DNA from: Pyrodictiaceae archaeon
GTDB lineage: Archaea; Thermoproteota; Thermoprotei_A; Sulfolobales; WAQK01
Direction of reading: 5' to 3'
DNA: 64,000 bases
NCBI GenBank assembly: GCA_015520265.1
Contig: WAQK01000025.1
Span: forward strand, 9,901 to 73,900
In this document: positions 45,153-54,640 of the stretch, piece by piece
Position numbering within the stretch: position 1 is the first letter of the stretch
Layout of the letters: each line of letters begins with the position of its first letter
Made by a program: the position numbers and the translations under genes
The notes under the pieces: generated by a model
What the model was told of the DNA's origin: nothing
Database searches by the model: none
What the model saw: only the letters and a program-made list of their open reading frames with translations

Positions 45153-46412
45153 CTACGTGCCCAGCGTCCACGATTTGAGGTACTCCTCCTGGGTGGGTGT
45201 CAGCTTGTCTATCTTCACGCCCAGGGCTTCCAGTTTAAGCTCAGCTACGCGCCTATCTATCTCTAGGGGGACCTTGTAGACCCTGGGTTCCATTCTCGGG
45301 TTCTGGTGTATATATAGCACGGAGAGGGCCTGGTTGGCGAAGCTCATGTCCATGACCTCGCTGGGGTGCCCCTCTGCAGCTACTAGGTTTACGAGACGCC
45401 CCTCGGCCAGCAGGTATAGTCTCCTGCCATCCTTGAGCTTATACTCTACAACATGAGGTCTGATGGTTCTTTTCTCGACTGCCAGCTCCTCTAGGTCTTT
45501 AATGTTTATCTCCACGTTGAAGTGGCCCGAGTTGGCGAGGATCGCGCCGTCCTTCATTAGCTCCAGGTGCTCTTTACGGATCACGTCTCTATTTCCGGTC
45601 GCTGTTACGAAGATGTCGCCTATCCTCGCCGCCTCCTCCATGGTCATGACCTGAAAACCGTCCATGTATGCTTCGAGGGCCCTGATGGGATCAACCTCCG
45701 TGACTATGACTCTGGCACCCATGCCGCGCGCCCTCATGGCTATTCCTCTGCCGCACCACCCATAGCCAGCCACAACGAGGTTCTTGCCAGCCAGCAGTAT
45801 GTTGGTGGCGCGCAGTATCCCGTCTATTGTGCTCTGCCCGGTACCGTACCGGTTGTCGAACAGGTACTTGGTGTAGGCGTCGTTGACGGCGATCACAGGG
45901 TACCTGAGGACACCCTGCTCCTCCATGGCCCTAAGCCTTATGACGCCCGTGGTTGTTTCCTCGGTTCCCCCCTTGATCCTTTTTGCAAGGTCTTCGGCGT
46001 TCCTGTGAATGTAGGTGTGGAGGTCGGCTCCATCGTCGAGGACTATACTGGGCTCGAACTCCACTATCCTCTCTATAGCCCAGTAGTACTCCTTCTCGGT
46101 CTCTCCCCTCCACGCGTAGACGTGTATGCCCTCAGAGGCCAATGCAGCAGCCACGTCATCCTGTGTTGAGAGGGGGTTGCTGGCTGCGAGGACTATTTCG
46201 GCTCCTCCAGCTGCAAGGGTCCGCATCAGCACTCCGGTCTCCTTGGTCACGTGTAGGACTGCCCCTATCTTTAGACCCTTAAGCGGCTGCTCCTCCTGGA
46301 ACCGCCTCCTAATAATCAAAAGCACGGGCATGTGTTGCTCCGCCCAGTCTAGCTGCAGCCTCCCCTGCCCAGCTAGATTAATATCCCTAACCTTATACTC
46401 CACTGTGTACAC
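45153..46412 (-). CDS. ahcY: S-adenosyl-L-homocysteine hydrolase
   Basis: 419 aa. [15 protein letters not shown]-binding motif, HFNVEI and GRLVNL family segments. Confidence 0.9.
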   Translation of the reverse strand: MYTVEYKVRDINLAGQGRLQLDWAEQHMPVLLIIRRRFQEEQPLKGLKIGAVLHVTKETGVLMRTLAAGGAEIVLAASNPLSTQDDVAAALASEGIHVYAWRGETEKEYYWAIERIVEFEPSIVLDDGADLHTYIHRNAEDLAKRIKGGTEETTTGVIRLRAMEEQGVLRYPVIAVNDAYTKYLFDNRYGTGQSTIDGILRATNILLAGKNLVVAGYGWCGRGIAMRARGMGARVIVTEVDPIRALEAYMDGFQVMTMEEAARIGDIFVTATGNRDVIRKEHLELMKDGAILANSGHFNVEINIKDLEELAVEKRTIRPHVVEYKLKDGRRLYLLAEGRLVNLVAAEGHPSEVMDMSFANQALSVLYIHQNPRMEPRVYKVPLEIDRRVAELKLEALGVKIDKLTPTQEEYLKSWTLGT

Positions 46413-46448
46413 CCAGCCATCTAGAAGACAAGGGATCCATATAAACGG

Positions 46449-46994
46449 TTGCCCAGGTGTTTCGAGATGCCGTACACTCGGGGCGCCCTCAAAGCACTCC
46501 TGGCTGGCAAGCCATGGCTCTTACCCATAGTGGCGGTTATGATTAGACACCCCTTCGCAATGACGACAAGCGAGCTGGCTGAGCGTGTGGGAGTGCGTTC
46601 TCCCCTAGTTAAGCGGGCCCTATGGTGGCTCTCCAAAGCCGATGCCGTGGCTGCTTCCGAGACATTGCCTAGAAGGTATAGGCTCAGAGATCAGGCTAGG
46701 ATAGAAGTCGAGGAAATCCTGCGTAGTAGCTGGCAGAAGGAGAGAAGAATGGTCTTTAGGCAGGGCGACGAGTATCTGCTTATCGCAGTTAAGCCTACTC
46801 GTATTTCGGTGTGGACGGTGCCAGCAGACTTGGTGGAAAGAGTGGCCGAGGTTCTAAGGGTTAGCGGTGGCTGCTTCAAACCGGTGGATGTGTCCAATGC
46901 TCTAGGGATCCCCGTCAGATTGGCCAGCCTCGCGCTTTCTGTGCTCCACGTCTCTGGTAGAGTGTCACGAAGCAGCGGGTGCTACCAGGCGTAG
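46449..46994 (+). CDS. Hypothetical protein with winged-helix-like segments
   Basis: [26 protein letters not shown] and a second similar C-terminal segment. 181 aa. Confidence 0.5.
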   Translation: MPRCFEMPYTRGALKALLAGKPWLLPIVAVMIRHPFAMTTSELAERVGVRSPLVKRALWWLSKADAVAASETLPRRYRLRDQARIEVEEILRSSWQKERRMVFRQGDEYLLIAVKPTRISVWTVPADLVERVAEVLRVSGGCFKPVDVSNALGIPVRLASLALSVLHVSGRVSRSSGCYQA

Positions 46995-47006
46995 TGTGCT
47001 ACAGGA

Positions 47007-47066
47007 TCAGTATCGCAGGGCTTCTTCAGCGCCCTTCACGGGCTCCGAGTCGGAGGTTCACATCAT
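47007..47066 (-). ncRNA. Candidate C/D-box sRNA
   Basis: Minus strand: C box ATGATGT (47066-60), 12 nt, D' CGGA (47047-44), 14-nt spacer forming GCCC-GTGAA-GGGC, C' CTGAAGA (47029-23), 12 nt, D box CTGA (47010-07). Intergenic location. Confidence 0.4.
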
Positions 47067-47146
47067 TCAACTGAATCCTCGTTAGGGTGTGTTGTATTTC
47101 AGGTTTTATATACTCGGTTCTCCAATTATAGCATGATACGGGGTGT

Positions 47147-47974
47147 ATGGTCGTGGTTGACATTGTTACCCAGCTAAAAGACCTAGCTATCGACATAGTG
47201 TCTATTGTCGTGATAGTGGGTGCAGGATATCTTGTAGGAGTGGGTGCTGGCATCCTTGTAAGAATGTTCTCGGCCAAGCTCCTAGAAGGCTATGCTAGGA
47301 CCTCTGATGCAGGTAAACGGCTCCAGGAGGCCGGAGTCCCCGGTGTGCTTGAACTCTTAACTGTGGCCTTCGCAGCGTCACTCGCCTTCCTTGCGGCAGT
47401 AGACTACGTTGATCTGGGTGGCGAGATCGGCGCCGTCCTCTACACTGTAGCCAGCTACCTGCCCCGAGTCGTCGTGGGAGTTGCTGTGCTCTTCCTGGGG
47501 ATACTGCTTTCAGCGGGTTTCTCATCCGCGCTGGGCGACGTGTTGGCGAGGATGCTTCCCAAGAAGCGCCGTGAAATCGCAGAGCTGGGAAGAGGCCTTA
47601 TCTTGGTGGGCCTAGTGGCCCTAGTGGTCTCGGTGTCCCTCGGAATAATGGGCCTGACTGGTACCTATGTGTATTCGCTTATACTTGGATTAGCGATAAT
47701 GGCGATGGGCGTCATAGCTGGCTCGATGCTTGTTGACAGTATTGTCGAGGACAACCCTGAGTTTAAGGAGTTTGCAGGGTACGCTAAGTTCCTAGTCTAC
47801 TTGATATTCATCATGATAGGCCTTGCCGCCATCTTCACCCAGTACCCTGGAGCCTCCAGGGTTATAACGACGCTCTCCTGGGGAGTGGCGCTGGCGATGG
47901 CTATACTCCTGCTGCCCCTGGTGTACACGTTGGCCAAGAGGCTGGTGGGCGAGACGGCTAGAAGGAGGGGCTGA
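47147..47974 (+). CDS. Polytopic membrane protein, unknown function
   Basis: 275 aa with about 6-7 hydrophobic helices. Confidence 0.6.
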   Translation: MVVVDIVTQLKDLAIDIVSIVVIVGAGYLVGVGAGILVRMFSAKLLEGYARTSDAGKRLQEAGVPGVLELLTVAFAASLAFLAAVDYVDLGGEIGAVLYTVASYLPRVVVGVAVLFLGILLSAGFSSALGDVLARMLPKKRREIAELGRGLILVGLVALVVSVSLGIMGLTGTYVYSLILGLAIMAMGVIAGSMLVDSIVEDNPEFKEFAGYAKFLVYLIFIMIGLAAIFTQYPGASRVITTLSWGVALAMAILLLPLVYTLAKRLVGETARRRG

Positions 47975-47986
47975 TTACGGGAAGGT

Positions 47987-48106
47987 TGGTGGGCCCGCGG
48001 GGATTTGAACCCCGGACCACGGGGACTTCCGCCCATATGGGTCCCGAGTCGGGCGCCGCTCGCCGCGGCGTACCCCGCATCCTAGTCCAGGCTAGACTAC
48101 GGGCCC
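47987..48106 (-). tRNA. tRNA with 41 nt of intervening sequence, probably two introns; tentative anticodon CGG (Pro); encoded CCA
   Basis: Reverse complement reads GGGCCCG-TA-GTCT..GGAT-G-CGGGG-[48 nt]-CCCCG-TGGTC-CGGGG-TTCAAAT-CCCCG-CGGGCCC-ACCA. The only Y-T-NNN-R-N window in the 48 nt is CT-CGG-GA. Confidence 0.8.
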
Positions 48107-48250
48107 ACCGCGATCTTAGTGGATGAATGAGGAGCTTTTAGCATTTACGTTCGATATATATGCTTCAACTATACTTTTTAACATGTAATACAAGGAATTA
48201 AGGATATTTTTAATAATTTTGCACCCTAATTTTAAAATAGGGTAAATATC

Positions 48251-48664
48251 ATGCCCATGTTCGTACGGGATCTGATCAAGCGGAAGCCGGTAACTGTGCG
48301 GCTAGGAGAGTCGGGGCGGCGAGCCGCCGAAATCATGGTAAGGGAAAACATAGGGTTCCTACCCATAGTGAGTCCTGAAGACGATAGAAGGGTTGTCGGA
48401 GTGATCTCTGAGAGGGATTACGTCAAGGCCATATCAAGAGGGTTAAATCCCCTGGAGATCAGGGTCGAAGACATGGGTACAATGGGGCATCTATACAGCG
48501 TCCATATAGATGCACATATCTCTGAAGCCGCCAAGCTCATGGGCAAATACGGTATTAGGCATCTGGTAGTAGTTGATGACGAAGGGCTCCTTGTGGGTGT
48601 CATCTCGATCCGCGACCTTCTGAACCTTGAGGGTCTCCTAAGCATAATGAGCGAATATAGCTAG
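48251..48664 (+). CDS. CBS-domain pair protein
   Basis: 137 aa. Two CBS-like repeats (GFLPIVS..GVISERD, IRHLVVVDDEGLLVGVISIRDL). Confidence 0.8.
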   Translation: MPMFVRDLIKRKPVTVRLGESGRRAAEIMVRENIGFLPIVSPEDDRRVVGVISERDYVKAISRGLNPLEIRVEDMGTMGHLYSVHIDAHISEAAKLMGKYGIRHLVVVDDEGLLVGVISIRDLLNLEGLLSIMSEYS

Positions 48665-48715
48665 GCGTGACGACTTATAACCAGGGAGCCGTGTTATGTC
48701 ACCGTTGGTGTATGC

Positions 48716-49423
48716 ATGAACGTAGCTAAGCGGGCCGTAGCCCGGATAGCTACACGGATGGTTCTGAGCCGGAACTACAAGATCGTTGGCGTGGGCACAG
48801 GGTCCACGGTAGGGTTCTTCATGGAGGAGCTGGCGTCAAGGCCGGAAGCTAAGAGGCTACAGTACGTTGCTTCATCCATAGACACTGCAAGGAAGCTTGC
48901 TAGTCGTGGCCTCCTGGTACTGGACCCCGGTACTGTGGATCAGATAGACGTATACGTTGATGGTGCCGACGAAGTCGACCCTAAAGGCAACATGATCAAG
49001 GGGCGTGGGGCCGCTCATTTGTCCGAAAAAATACTGGCCTACCGGTCCCGCTTCAACATATTTATCGTGGACGAATCGAAGCTCGTGGATAAGCTTGGCG
49101 AGAAGAGGCCCGTGCCGGTCTCACTGGTGCCCAGCGCCTTGAGCCTAGTGGTTAACGCATTAAAAATGCTGGGCTACGATGTGGAGCTTAGGGGAGGCAA
49201 CTGCAAGGATGGGCCCTGTATCGATGACCACGGCTTCGTGGTGCTAGACGTGTGGACTGGGCCCATGGATGACCCAGAAAGAGTGGACAGGCTTCTTCAA
49301 AGCGTTCCAGGCGTCGTCGAGACAGGCCTGTTCATAGGTCTGACAGACCTCGTGCTTGTTGGGAGGAGTGATGGGGGTGTCCAGGAGATTAGAACGCACC
49401 GCACGAGAGGGCTACACCTCTGA
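48716..49423 (+). CDS. rpiA: Ribose-5-phosphate isomerase A
   Basis: GVGTGSTV, DGADEVD and KGRGAAHLSEK motifs. Confidence 0.85.
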   Translation: MNVAKRAVARIATRMVLSRNYKIVGVGTGSTVGFFMEELASRPEAKRLQYVASSIDTARKLASRGLLVLDPGTVDQIDVYVDGADEVDPKGNMIKGRGAAHLSEKILAYRSRFNIFIVDESKLVDKLGEKRPVPVSLVPSALSLVVNALKMLGYDVELRGGNCKDGPCIDDHGFVVLDVWTGPMDDPERVDRLLQSVPGVVETGLFIGLTDLVLVGRSDGGVQEIRTHRTRGLHL

Positions 49424-49802
49424 GGAGCTGGCAGGCCAGCTCTCCGACGAACAATACGTGGAGGGGTTCCAGCACCCCAGGATAGCTGAGGCCCTCCAGG
49501 GCACAAGGTATATCAGGATAAGTGTGCACCCCGAGGCATGGGTGTACCTGGGCAGAAGGGAAGATCACGTGCTGGTCCCCCGACTATACTGCTCATGCCT
49601 CGACTTCCTGGTTAACGTAGTTGGTAGGCGGAGGAAATCCCCCTGCTACCACCTTGTGGGCCTGGAGCTGGCTCGGAAGCTAGGCAGGGTCAAAGATCTA
49701 TCCAGCCTGGCCGGGCCCCAGGCCCCTAAGATAATGCTCGAGATCCTGGAGCACGGTTTCAGTAGAGAGTTAAGGAGACTTGCCTTGAGGAGCCAATCAT
49801 AA
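49371..49802 (+). CDS. SWIM zinc-finger-like protein
   Basis: CSCLDFLVNVVGRRRKSPCYH fits CxCx(n)CxH. Start set at ATG 49371 (the ORF opens at 49356). Confidence 0.55.
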   Translation: MGVSRRLERTAREGYTSEELAGQLSDEQYVEGFQHPRIAEALQGTRYIRISVHPEAWVYLGRREDHVLVPRLYCSCLDFLVNVVGRRRKSPCYHLVGLELARKLGRVKDLSSLAGPQAPKIMLEILEHGFSRELRRLALRSQS

Positions 49803-49840
49803 TTTAAGGGCATATACAATTGCGTGACTAGGGCTCGGGG

Positions 49841-50149
49841 ATGGGTAGGAGGAAGAAGAGGAGAAGGAAAATTCTGAGGCCAAGACGGACGTTGCCGACG
49901 GTCTTCGTATGCCCCCACTGTGGGTCGAGGATGCTTTTCATCAATATCCGGAGATCCAAGGGTGTGGCGGTGGCTAGATGCGGCCACTGTGGCTTCAAGA
50001 CGGAGCTACCCGTCACACCCTTGCACCAGCCTGTCGACGTTTATGGGAGGATACTGGATGAATACAACGCTGGTACGCTCGACTTCGAGATCGTGGAAAT
50101 AGGGGAAGAGCAGGCTGAGGAGCTATGGGAGGCTGGCGAGGAAGAGTAG
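49841..50149 (+). CDS. Transcription elongation factor Elf1 homologue (zinc ribbon)
   Basis: Basic N-terminus MGRRKKRRRK, CPHCGS..CGHCG ribbon, and QPVDVY as in eukaryotic Elf1. Confidence 0.75.
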   Translation: MGRRKKRRRKILRPRRTLPTVFVCPHCGSRMLFINIRRSKGVAVARCGHCGFKTELPVTPLHQPVDVYGRILDEYNAGTLDFEIVEIGEEQAEELWEAGEEE

Positions 50150-50898
50150 CAAAGTATCTCGCCGAGAAGCGCGTCGAGGCGCCGCTTCACTTTACGCTCA
50201 TAGACCCTGACGAGGTTTCAGTCGACCCGGACCACGCTGCCAGGCTCGTAGAACCCATGGTCTCAGCGGGAACTGATGTCATACTTGTAGGTGGAAGTAT
50301 AGGGGTCTCGGAGAGGCTGCTCGATGAGGTTATCTCGAGTCTCAAGAAATATGGCTTACCGGTCGTACTATTTCCCGGTAATGTTAACGGTCTTTCGAGA
50401 GAGGCAGACGCGGTTCTCTTCATGAGTCTCCTCAACAGCGATGACCCCTACTACATTGTAGGAGCCCAGGTGCAGGGCGCCGTCATAGTTAAGAGGTACG
50501 GTCTCGAGGCCCTGCCCACGGCATACCTGATAGTAGGGTATGGGGGTGCAGCTGGCTACATTGGAAGGGCCAGACCGCTTCCACCGGATAAACCAGAAAT
50601 AGCGGTTGCTTATGCACTAGCCGCCGAGCTGCTGGGCATGCGGTACATCTACCTAGAGGCGGGTTCGGGGGCCCCCTCACCCATACCTTCAGAGATGATA
50701 GCCGCGGTCAGAAAGGCCGTCGATACGCGTACGATGGTGATCGTGGGAGGAGGTATACGGAGCCCGGAGGCGGCTAGAAAGGCGGTCAAAGCCGGTGCTG
50801 ACGTTGTTGTTACAGGGACCATTGTAGAGGAAGATGCGGAGAGAGCCGCCAGAATTGTTCGTAGCATCAAGCGTCAGGGTCGCCATACTTCTTCTTAA
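50125..50898 (+). CDS. Geranylgeranylglyceryl phosphate synthase (PcrB/GGGPS family)
   Basis: HFTLIDPDE, LVGGS, YLEAGSGA and VGGGIRS motifs. Confidence 0.8.
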   Translation: MGGWRGRVAKYLAEKRVEAPLHFTLIDPDEVSVDPDHAARLVEPMVSAGTDVILVGGSIGVSERLLDEVISSLKKYGLPVVLFPGNVNGLSREADAVLFMSLLNSDDPYYIVGAQVQGAVIVKRYGLEALPTAYLIVGYGGAAGYIGRARPLPPDKPEIAVAYALAAELLGMRYIYLEAGSGAPSPIPSEMIAAVRKAVDTRTMVIVGGGIRSPEAARKAVKAGADVVVTGTIVEEDAERAARIVRSIKRQGRHTSS

Positions 50899-51151
50899 CG
50901 GCCTCCTCGACATCCACTCCTACCAGGTTGGCCACCGAGAGAAGCCATGCCAGAACGTCTGCTATCTCTTCCTCCACATTGCCGTCCTTAAGCAGCGCCT
51001 CCGCCATCTCGCCGACCTCTTCCACGAACCAGGCAAAGGTGGCGAAGAGCCCCCGCTTACTGTCCCGTTCATAGTAGAGTCTATACATGTACTCCTGGAG
51101 CTTCCTCAGCTCCATCCAACATGCCCACACTAGCCTTTGGTCTCTCCACAA
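50867..51151 (-). CDS. MazG-like nucleotide pyrophosphohydrolase
   Basis: FVEEVGEMAEA and EEEIADVLAWL (EExxE / ExxD metal motifs). Confidence 0.75.
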   Translation of the reverse strand: MWRDQRLVWACWMELRKLQEYMYRLYYERDSKRGLFATFAWFVEEVGEMAEALLKDGNVEEEIADVLAWLLSVANLVGVDVEEAVKKKYGDPDA

Positions 51152-51207
51152 TTAAATAATCCTCCGAGAGGCTCCAGGAATTTTAAATAGCGGCCGCGCA
51201 TCCAGAA

Positions 51208-51405
51208 TTGACGGGGAGAAGGGTGCCTCAGAAAAAGAGGAAAAAGGATAAAAAACCGGTGACACTCACCGCTGCGGGCCTGCTATCGTTTTACGAGGAC
51301 TTTGATGCCATCGTTACACTGAAGCCAATCCACATAGTGCTACTAGCCTTGGTGTTCGCTGCTGCAGTCCTGGTGCTTCACGTGGTGGCCCCTCCCCTGG
51401 GCTAA
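51208..51405 (+). CDS. Preprotein translocase subunit Sec61-beta
   Basis: 65 aa. Basic N-terminus, AAGLLSFYED, and a single C-terminal TM. Confidence 0.7.
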   Translation: MTGRRVPQKKRKKDKKPVTLTAAGLLSFYEDFDAIVTLKPIHIVLLALVFAAAVLVLHVVAPPLG

Positions 51406-51448
51406 CCCGTTGAGGTGCCAGAAAGATAGGATGATGTATTAGCATTAA

Positions 51449-52366
51449 TTACTTATAGATCTCTTCAAGTTTCGTGTAGAACTCCCACATTTCATCAACA
51501 TACTTTTCGAGAACGGCGATATCGCTCTTCTTCAGATGCCTGAACCTGCCCTGGAGCCTTATGTACTCGACCAGTGGTTTCCGCTTGGACTTATCCCTGT
51601 ATGGCCGGCTGAGGGGGCTTATTCTGAACTTGCCGTTCTCATACTCGTAAAGTATCCAGAGCCCCGTCTGTACGGCTAGCTTGGCTACCTCGGCTGTTTT
51701 GGCGGGATCGAAGCGCCATCCCACGGGGCAGGGGGCATGTAGGTGTATGTATTTGAAGCCCCTTATCTTGGACGCCTTCCTGAGCTTATCTATGAAATCT
51801 GTGGGGAACCCGACACTCGCTGTGGCGACATAGGGGACCCTGTGAGCTATGAGTGTTAGCGGCACGTCTTTTTTATGCTCTTTCTTCCCCGTCCAGGTCG
51901 TGGTCGTCCAGGCACCGTAAGGCGTGAGACTGCTCCTCTGTATCCCTGTGTTCATGTAGGCCTCATTGTCAACGCAGATGTATATTATGTCCTCGTTCCT
52001 CTCAGCAGCTCCGCTAAGAGCCTGGAACCCTATGTCTCCTGTACCCCCGTCGCCAGCCCATGCCACCACCTGGGCATCCTTCAGCCCTCTGATTTCCAGG
52101 GCTGCCTTTAGCCCAGATGCGGCGGCCGCCGCTGCGGCGAAGACTATGTTGAGTATCGGCATGCCTATGCCTGACCTAGGATATATCCCCTGGATCACGG
52201 AGGAGCAGCTAGCCGGTATGACTAGTACAGCATTTTCCCCCAGCGCCATGCCCACATAGCGGAGCCCCATAGTTTCGGGGCAGCCGGGGCATGCAGCGTT
52301 GCCGGGCATCAGGAAGTTCTTTCTAGGAAGATCTTGGATTCGGACCATAGACCCATCACACCCCAT
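51449..52366 (-). CDS. 2-oxoacid:ferredoxin oxidoreductase beta subunit (TPP-binding); substrate (pyruvate vs 2-ketoisovalerate) not determinable
   Basis: CPGC near the N-terminus. GDGGTGDIG TPP motif. Confidence 0.85.
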   Translation of the reverse strand: MGCDGSMVRIQDLPRKNFLMPGNAACPGCPETMGLRYVGMALGENAVLVIPASCSSVIQGIYPRSGIGMPILNIVFAAAAAAASGLKAALEIRGLKDAQVVAWAGDGGTGDIGFQALSGAAERNEDIIYICVDNEAYMNTGIQRSSLTPYGAWTTTTWTGKKEHKKDVPLTLIAHRVPYVATASVGFPTDFIDKLRKASKIRGFKYIHLHAPCPVGWRFDPAKTAEVAKLAVQTGLWILYEYENGKFRISPLSRPYRDKSKRKPLVEYIRLQGRFRHLKKSDIAVLEKYVDEMWEFYTKLEEIYK

Positions 52367-53522
52367 ACCAGTAATCGTTCACGTAAACCCGCCCCTCCTC
52401 TTCGACCTTCTTCACGAAGTCTTCGACCAGCTTCTCAAAATCCCTGACACCCACATCGACTCCTCCTACACCCGCGACCACACCCATGATAGACGGCTTC
52501 GCCTCTAAGGCCTCGACAACCTCGGCGTGAAGCGGCCCTCCACGGCCCATGGAGACTGAGCGGTCGAACACCATGACGCCCTTCATCCCCAAGAGTTTCT
52601 CCCTGAGCCTTTCCCTCGGGAACGGCCTGACATACCTTATCCTAGCTACACCGACCGGGATGCCTCTCTCCCTGAGCCTGTCAGCAGCCTCCTTGGCGTT
52701 GCCAGCCCAGGTGCCCATAAGCACTACCACGTACTTGGCATCATCGCAGCGGTAGAACTCGACGAGGCCGCCGTAGCGTCTCCCCGTCATCTTGTAGTAC
52801 TCCTCGTCGACCTCCTCTATGACTCTCTTAGCATTATACATGGCCCTCTGCATGGAGTGCCTCATCCTGTAGAAGGCCTCGTCGGGCGGTATGTTACCCA
52901 TAATGACGCCGCTTCCGGGCTCGATCACGTATGGCCTAGGGAGCCTGGGTGGCAGCCAGGAGTCCACAACCTCCTGCTCGGGCACGTCGACGGGCATGGC
53001 TGTGTGGCTCAGAAGGAAGCCGTCGAGACCTACCATGGCTGGCAGATAGACCCTCTCGTCCTCTGAGATGCGGAACGCTTGAAGCACCAGGTCGAGGACC
53101 TCCTGGTTGTCCTCGGCCATGGATATTATCCATCCGGTGTCTCGCTGATCCATGATGTCCTCGTGGGAGACGTGGATGTTCCATGGAGGTCCTATAGCCC
53201 TAGTAACAACTGCCATGACCAGGGGTAGCCTCGAGGCCGCGGCCCACCACACGACTTCGTGCATATAGAGCAACCCATGACTGGAGGTGGCTGTGAAGGC
53301 CCTGGCGCCGCCCGCTGCTGCGCCGTAGACGGCTGCAAGTGCTGAGTGTTCGCTCTCCACACGTATCATTTTCGCCTCTATCTCGCCGTGCTCCACCATC
53401 TCTGCGAGCTTCTCCACTATGGTCGTCTGAGGTGTTATCGGGTATGCTGCTATAACCTGGACTCTTGCCAGTTTCACTGCCTCGGCTACCGTGTGGTTGC
53501 CTGTGAGTATCTTCCTAGGCAC
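52356..53522 (-). CDS. 2-oxoacid:ferredoxin oxidoreductase alpha subunit
   Basis: 388 aa. GNHTVAEAV..AYPITPQT N-terminus typical of POR/VOR alpha. Confidence 0.85.
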   Translation of the reverse strand: MPRKILTGNHTVAEAVKLARVQVIAAYPITPQTTIVEKLAEMVEHGEIEAKMIRVESEHSALAAVYGAAAGGARAFTATSSHGLLYMHEVVWWAAASRLPLVMAVVTRAIGPPWNIHVSHEDIMDQRDTGWIISMAEDNQEVLDLVLQAFRISEDERVYLPAMVGLDGFLLSHTAMPVDVPEQEVVDSWLPPRLPRPYVIEPGSGVIMGNIPPDEAFYRMRHSMQRAMYNAKRVIEEVDEEYYKMTGRRYGGLVEFYRCDDAKYVVVLMGTWAGNAKEAADRLRERGIPVGVARIRYVRPFPRERLREKLLGMKGVMVFDRSVSMGRGGPLHAEVVEALEAKPSIMGVVAGVGGVDVGVRDFEKLVEDFVKKVEEEGRVYVNDYWYGV

Positions 53523-53790
53523 CGCCCTGCACCTCCGGCACCATTTCTATGGCTTTGACAGGGCACTCGTTGGCGCAGATCCCGCAGCCTTTACAATACT
53601 CGTAGTCGACACTGACGCTGTTGTCTTCATGCCTGATTATGGTGGCTTCAGGACAGTATAGCCAGCAGAGGAGGCACTTGATGCACTTCCCCTGATCTAT
53701 GACTGGTTTATAGTTGCGCCAGGTTCCAGTCTTGCCCATAGCCCCTGGGGCGGGGCGGGACAAGGGTAAAACCAAGTGGTCTTCCTCCAA
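53515..53790 (-). CDS. 2-oxoacid:ferredoxin oxidoreductase delta subunit (2x[4Fe-4S])
   Basis: CIKCLLCWLYCP and CKGCGICANECP. Confidence 0.8.
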   Translation of the reverse strand: MEEDHLVLPLSRPAPGAMGKTGTWRNYKPVIDQGKCIKCLLCWLYCPEATIIRHEDNSVSVDYEYCKGCGICANECPVKAIEMVPEVQGGA

Positions 53791-53791
53791 T

Positions 53792-54343
53792 TCACCTCAC
53801 CCTGACGGCCTTCTCGTAAGCAAGCTTGGCAGCCTGGGCGTTGGCCTCACCCATACGTCCAGGCCAGTTGGACTTGATCTCGTCTACCACGGAGTCCAGG
53901 GAGACCGACCCGGTGGCTTTCACGACTGCTCCTAGGATAGACGTGTTGACTACGGGCCACCCGGCGACACGCAGGCCTAGGCTTAACGCGATGCCTGTAG
54001 CATCCACTATGAACACCTTATAAGGACCCTGTATACCTGGGTCCTCTTTAGAATTCACCACCAGCACGCCGCCTTCCCTAAGTCCTTCCAGCACGTTCAC
54101 CAGCTTGAAAAGAGTGGGGTCCAGTACAACTACAACGTCCGGTTCTCTTACCTGTTCATGAACCCTTATAGGCCGGTCTGAGATCCTTGCAAACGCCACC
54201 ACCGGAGCGCCTCTCCTCTCGGCGCCGAAGTGGGGGAACGCCTGACCATATCGCCCCTCCCGGTGCGCCGCACCCACAAGGAGGCGTGCCGCCGTAACGG
54301 CTCCCTGGCCTCCCCTACCGTGGAAACGGTATTCTTCGATCAA
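53792..54343 (-). CDS. 2-oxoacid:ferredoxin oxidoreductase gamma subunit
   Basis: FHGRGGQGAVTAA N-terminus typical of POR gamma. 183 aa. Confidence 0.8.
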   Translation of the reverse strand: MIEEYRFHGRGGQGAVTAARLLVGAAHREGRYGQAFPHFGAERRGAPVVAFARISDRPIRVHEQVREPDVVVVLDPTLFKLVNVLEGLREGGVLVVNSKEDPGIQGPYKVFIVDATGIALSLGLRVAGWPVVNTSILGAVVKATGSVSLDSVVDEIKSNWPGRMGEANAQAAKLAYEKAVRVR

Positions 54344-54640
54344 AGGCCGAACCCGCTATAATTTTGTTGCCCGCGATATTATTAACTTACCACCAGGTTT
54401 CCGTCATACAATGCATGTAACTTTTAACTACCAACACCACCTATTTAAAATGAGTCTACAGGAACCTGGAGGGGCGTAGACAAGGGAGCGAGGGGAGAAA
54501 CCATAACATACCTGCCTACACCCGAGGAGATAAGGAGGCTGCGGAAGAAGGCCGGGCTCTCGCAGCGCGAGCTAGCCCGTAGAGCTGGCGTCAGCCAGGC
54601 ACTCATAGCCAGGCTCGAAAGAGGCACCATTAATCCCCGC

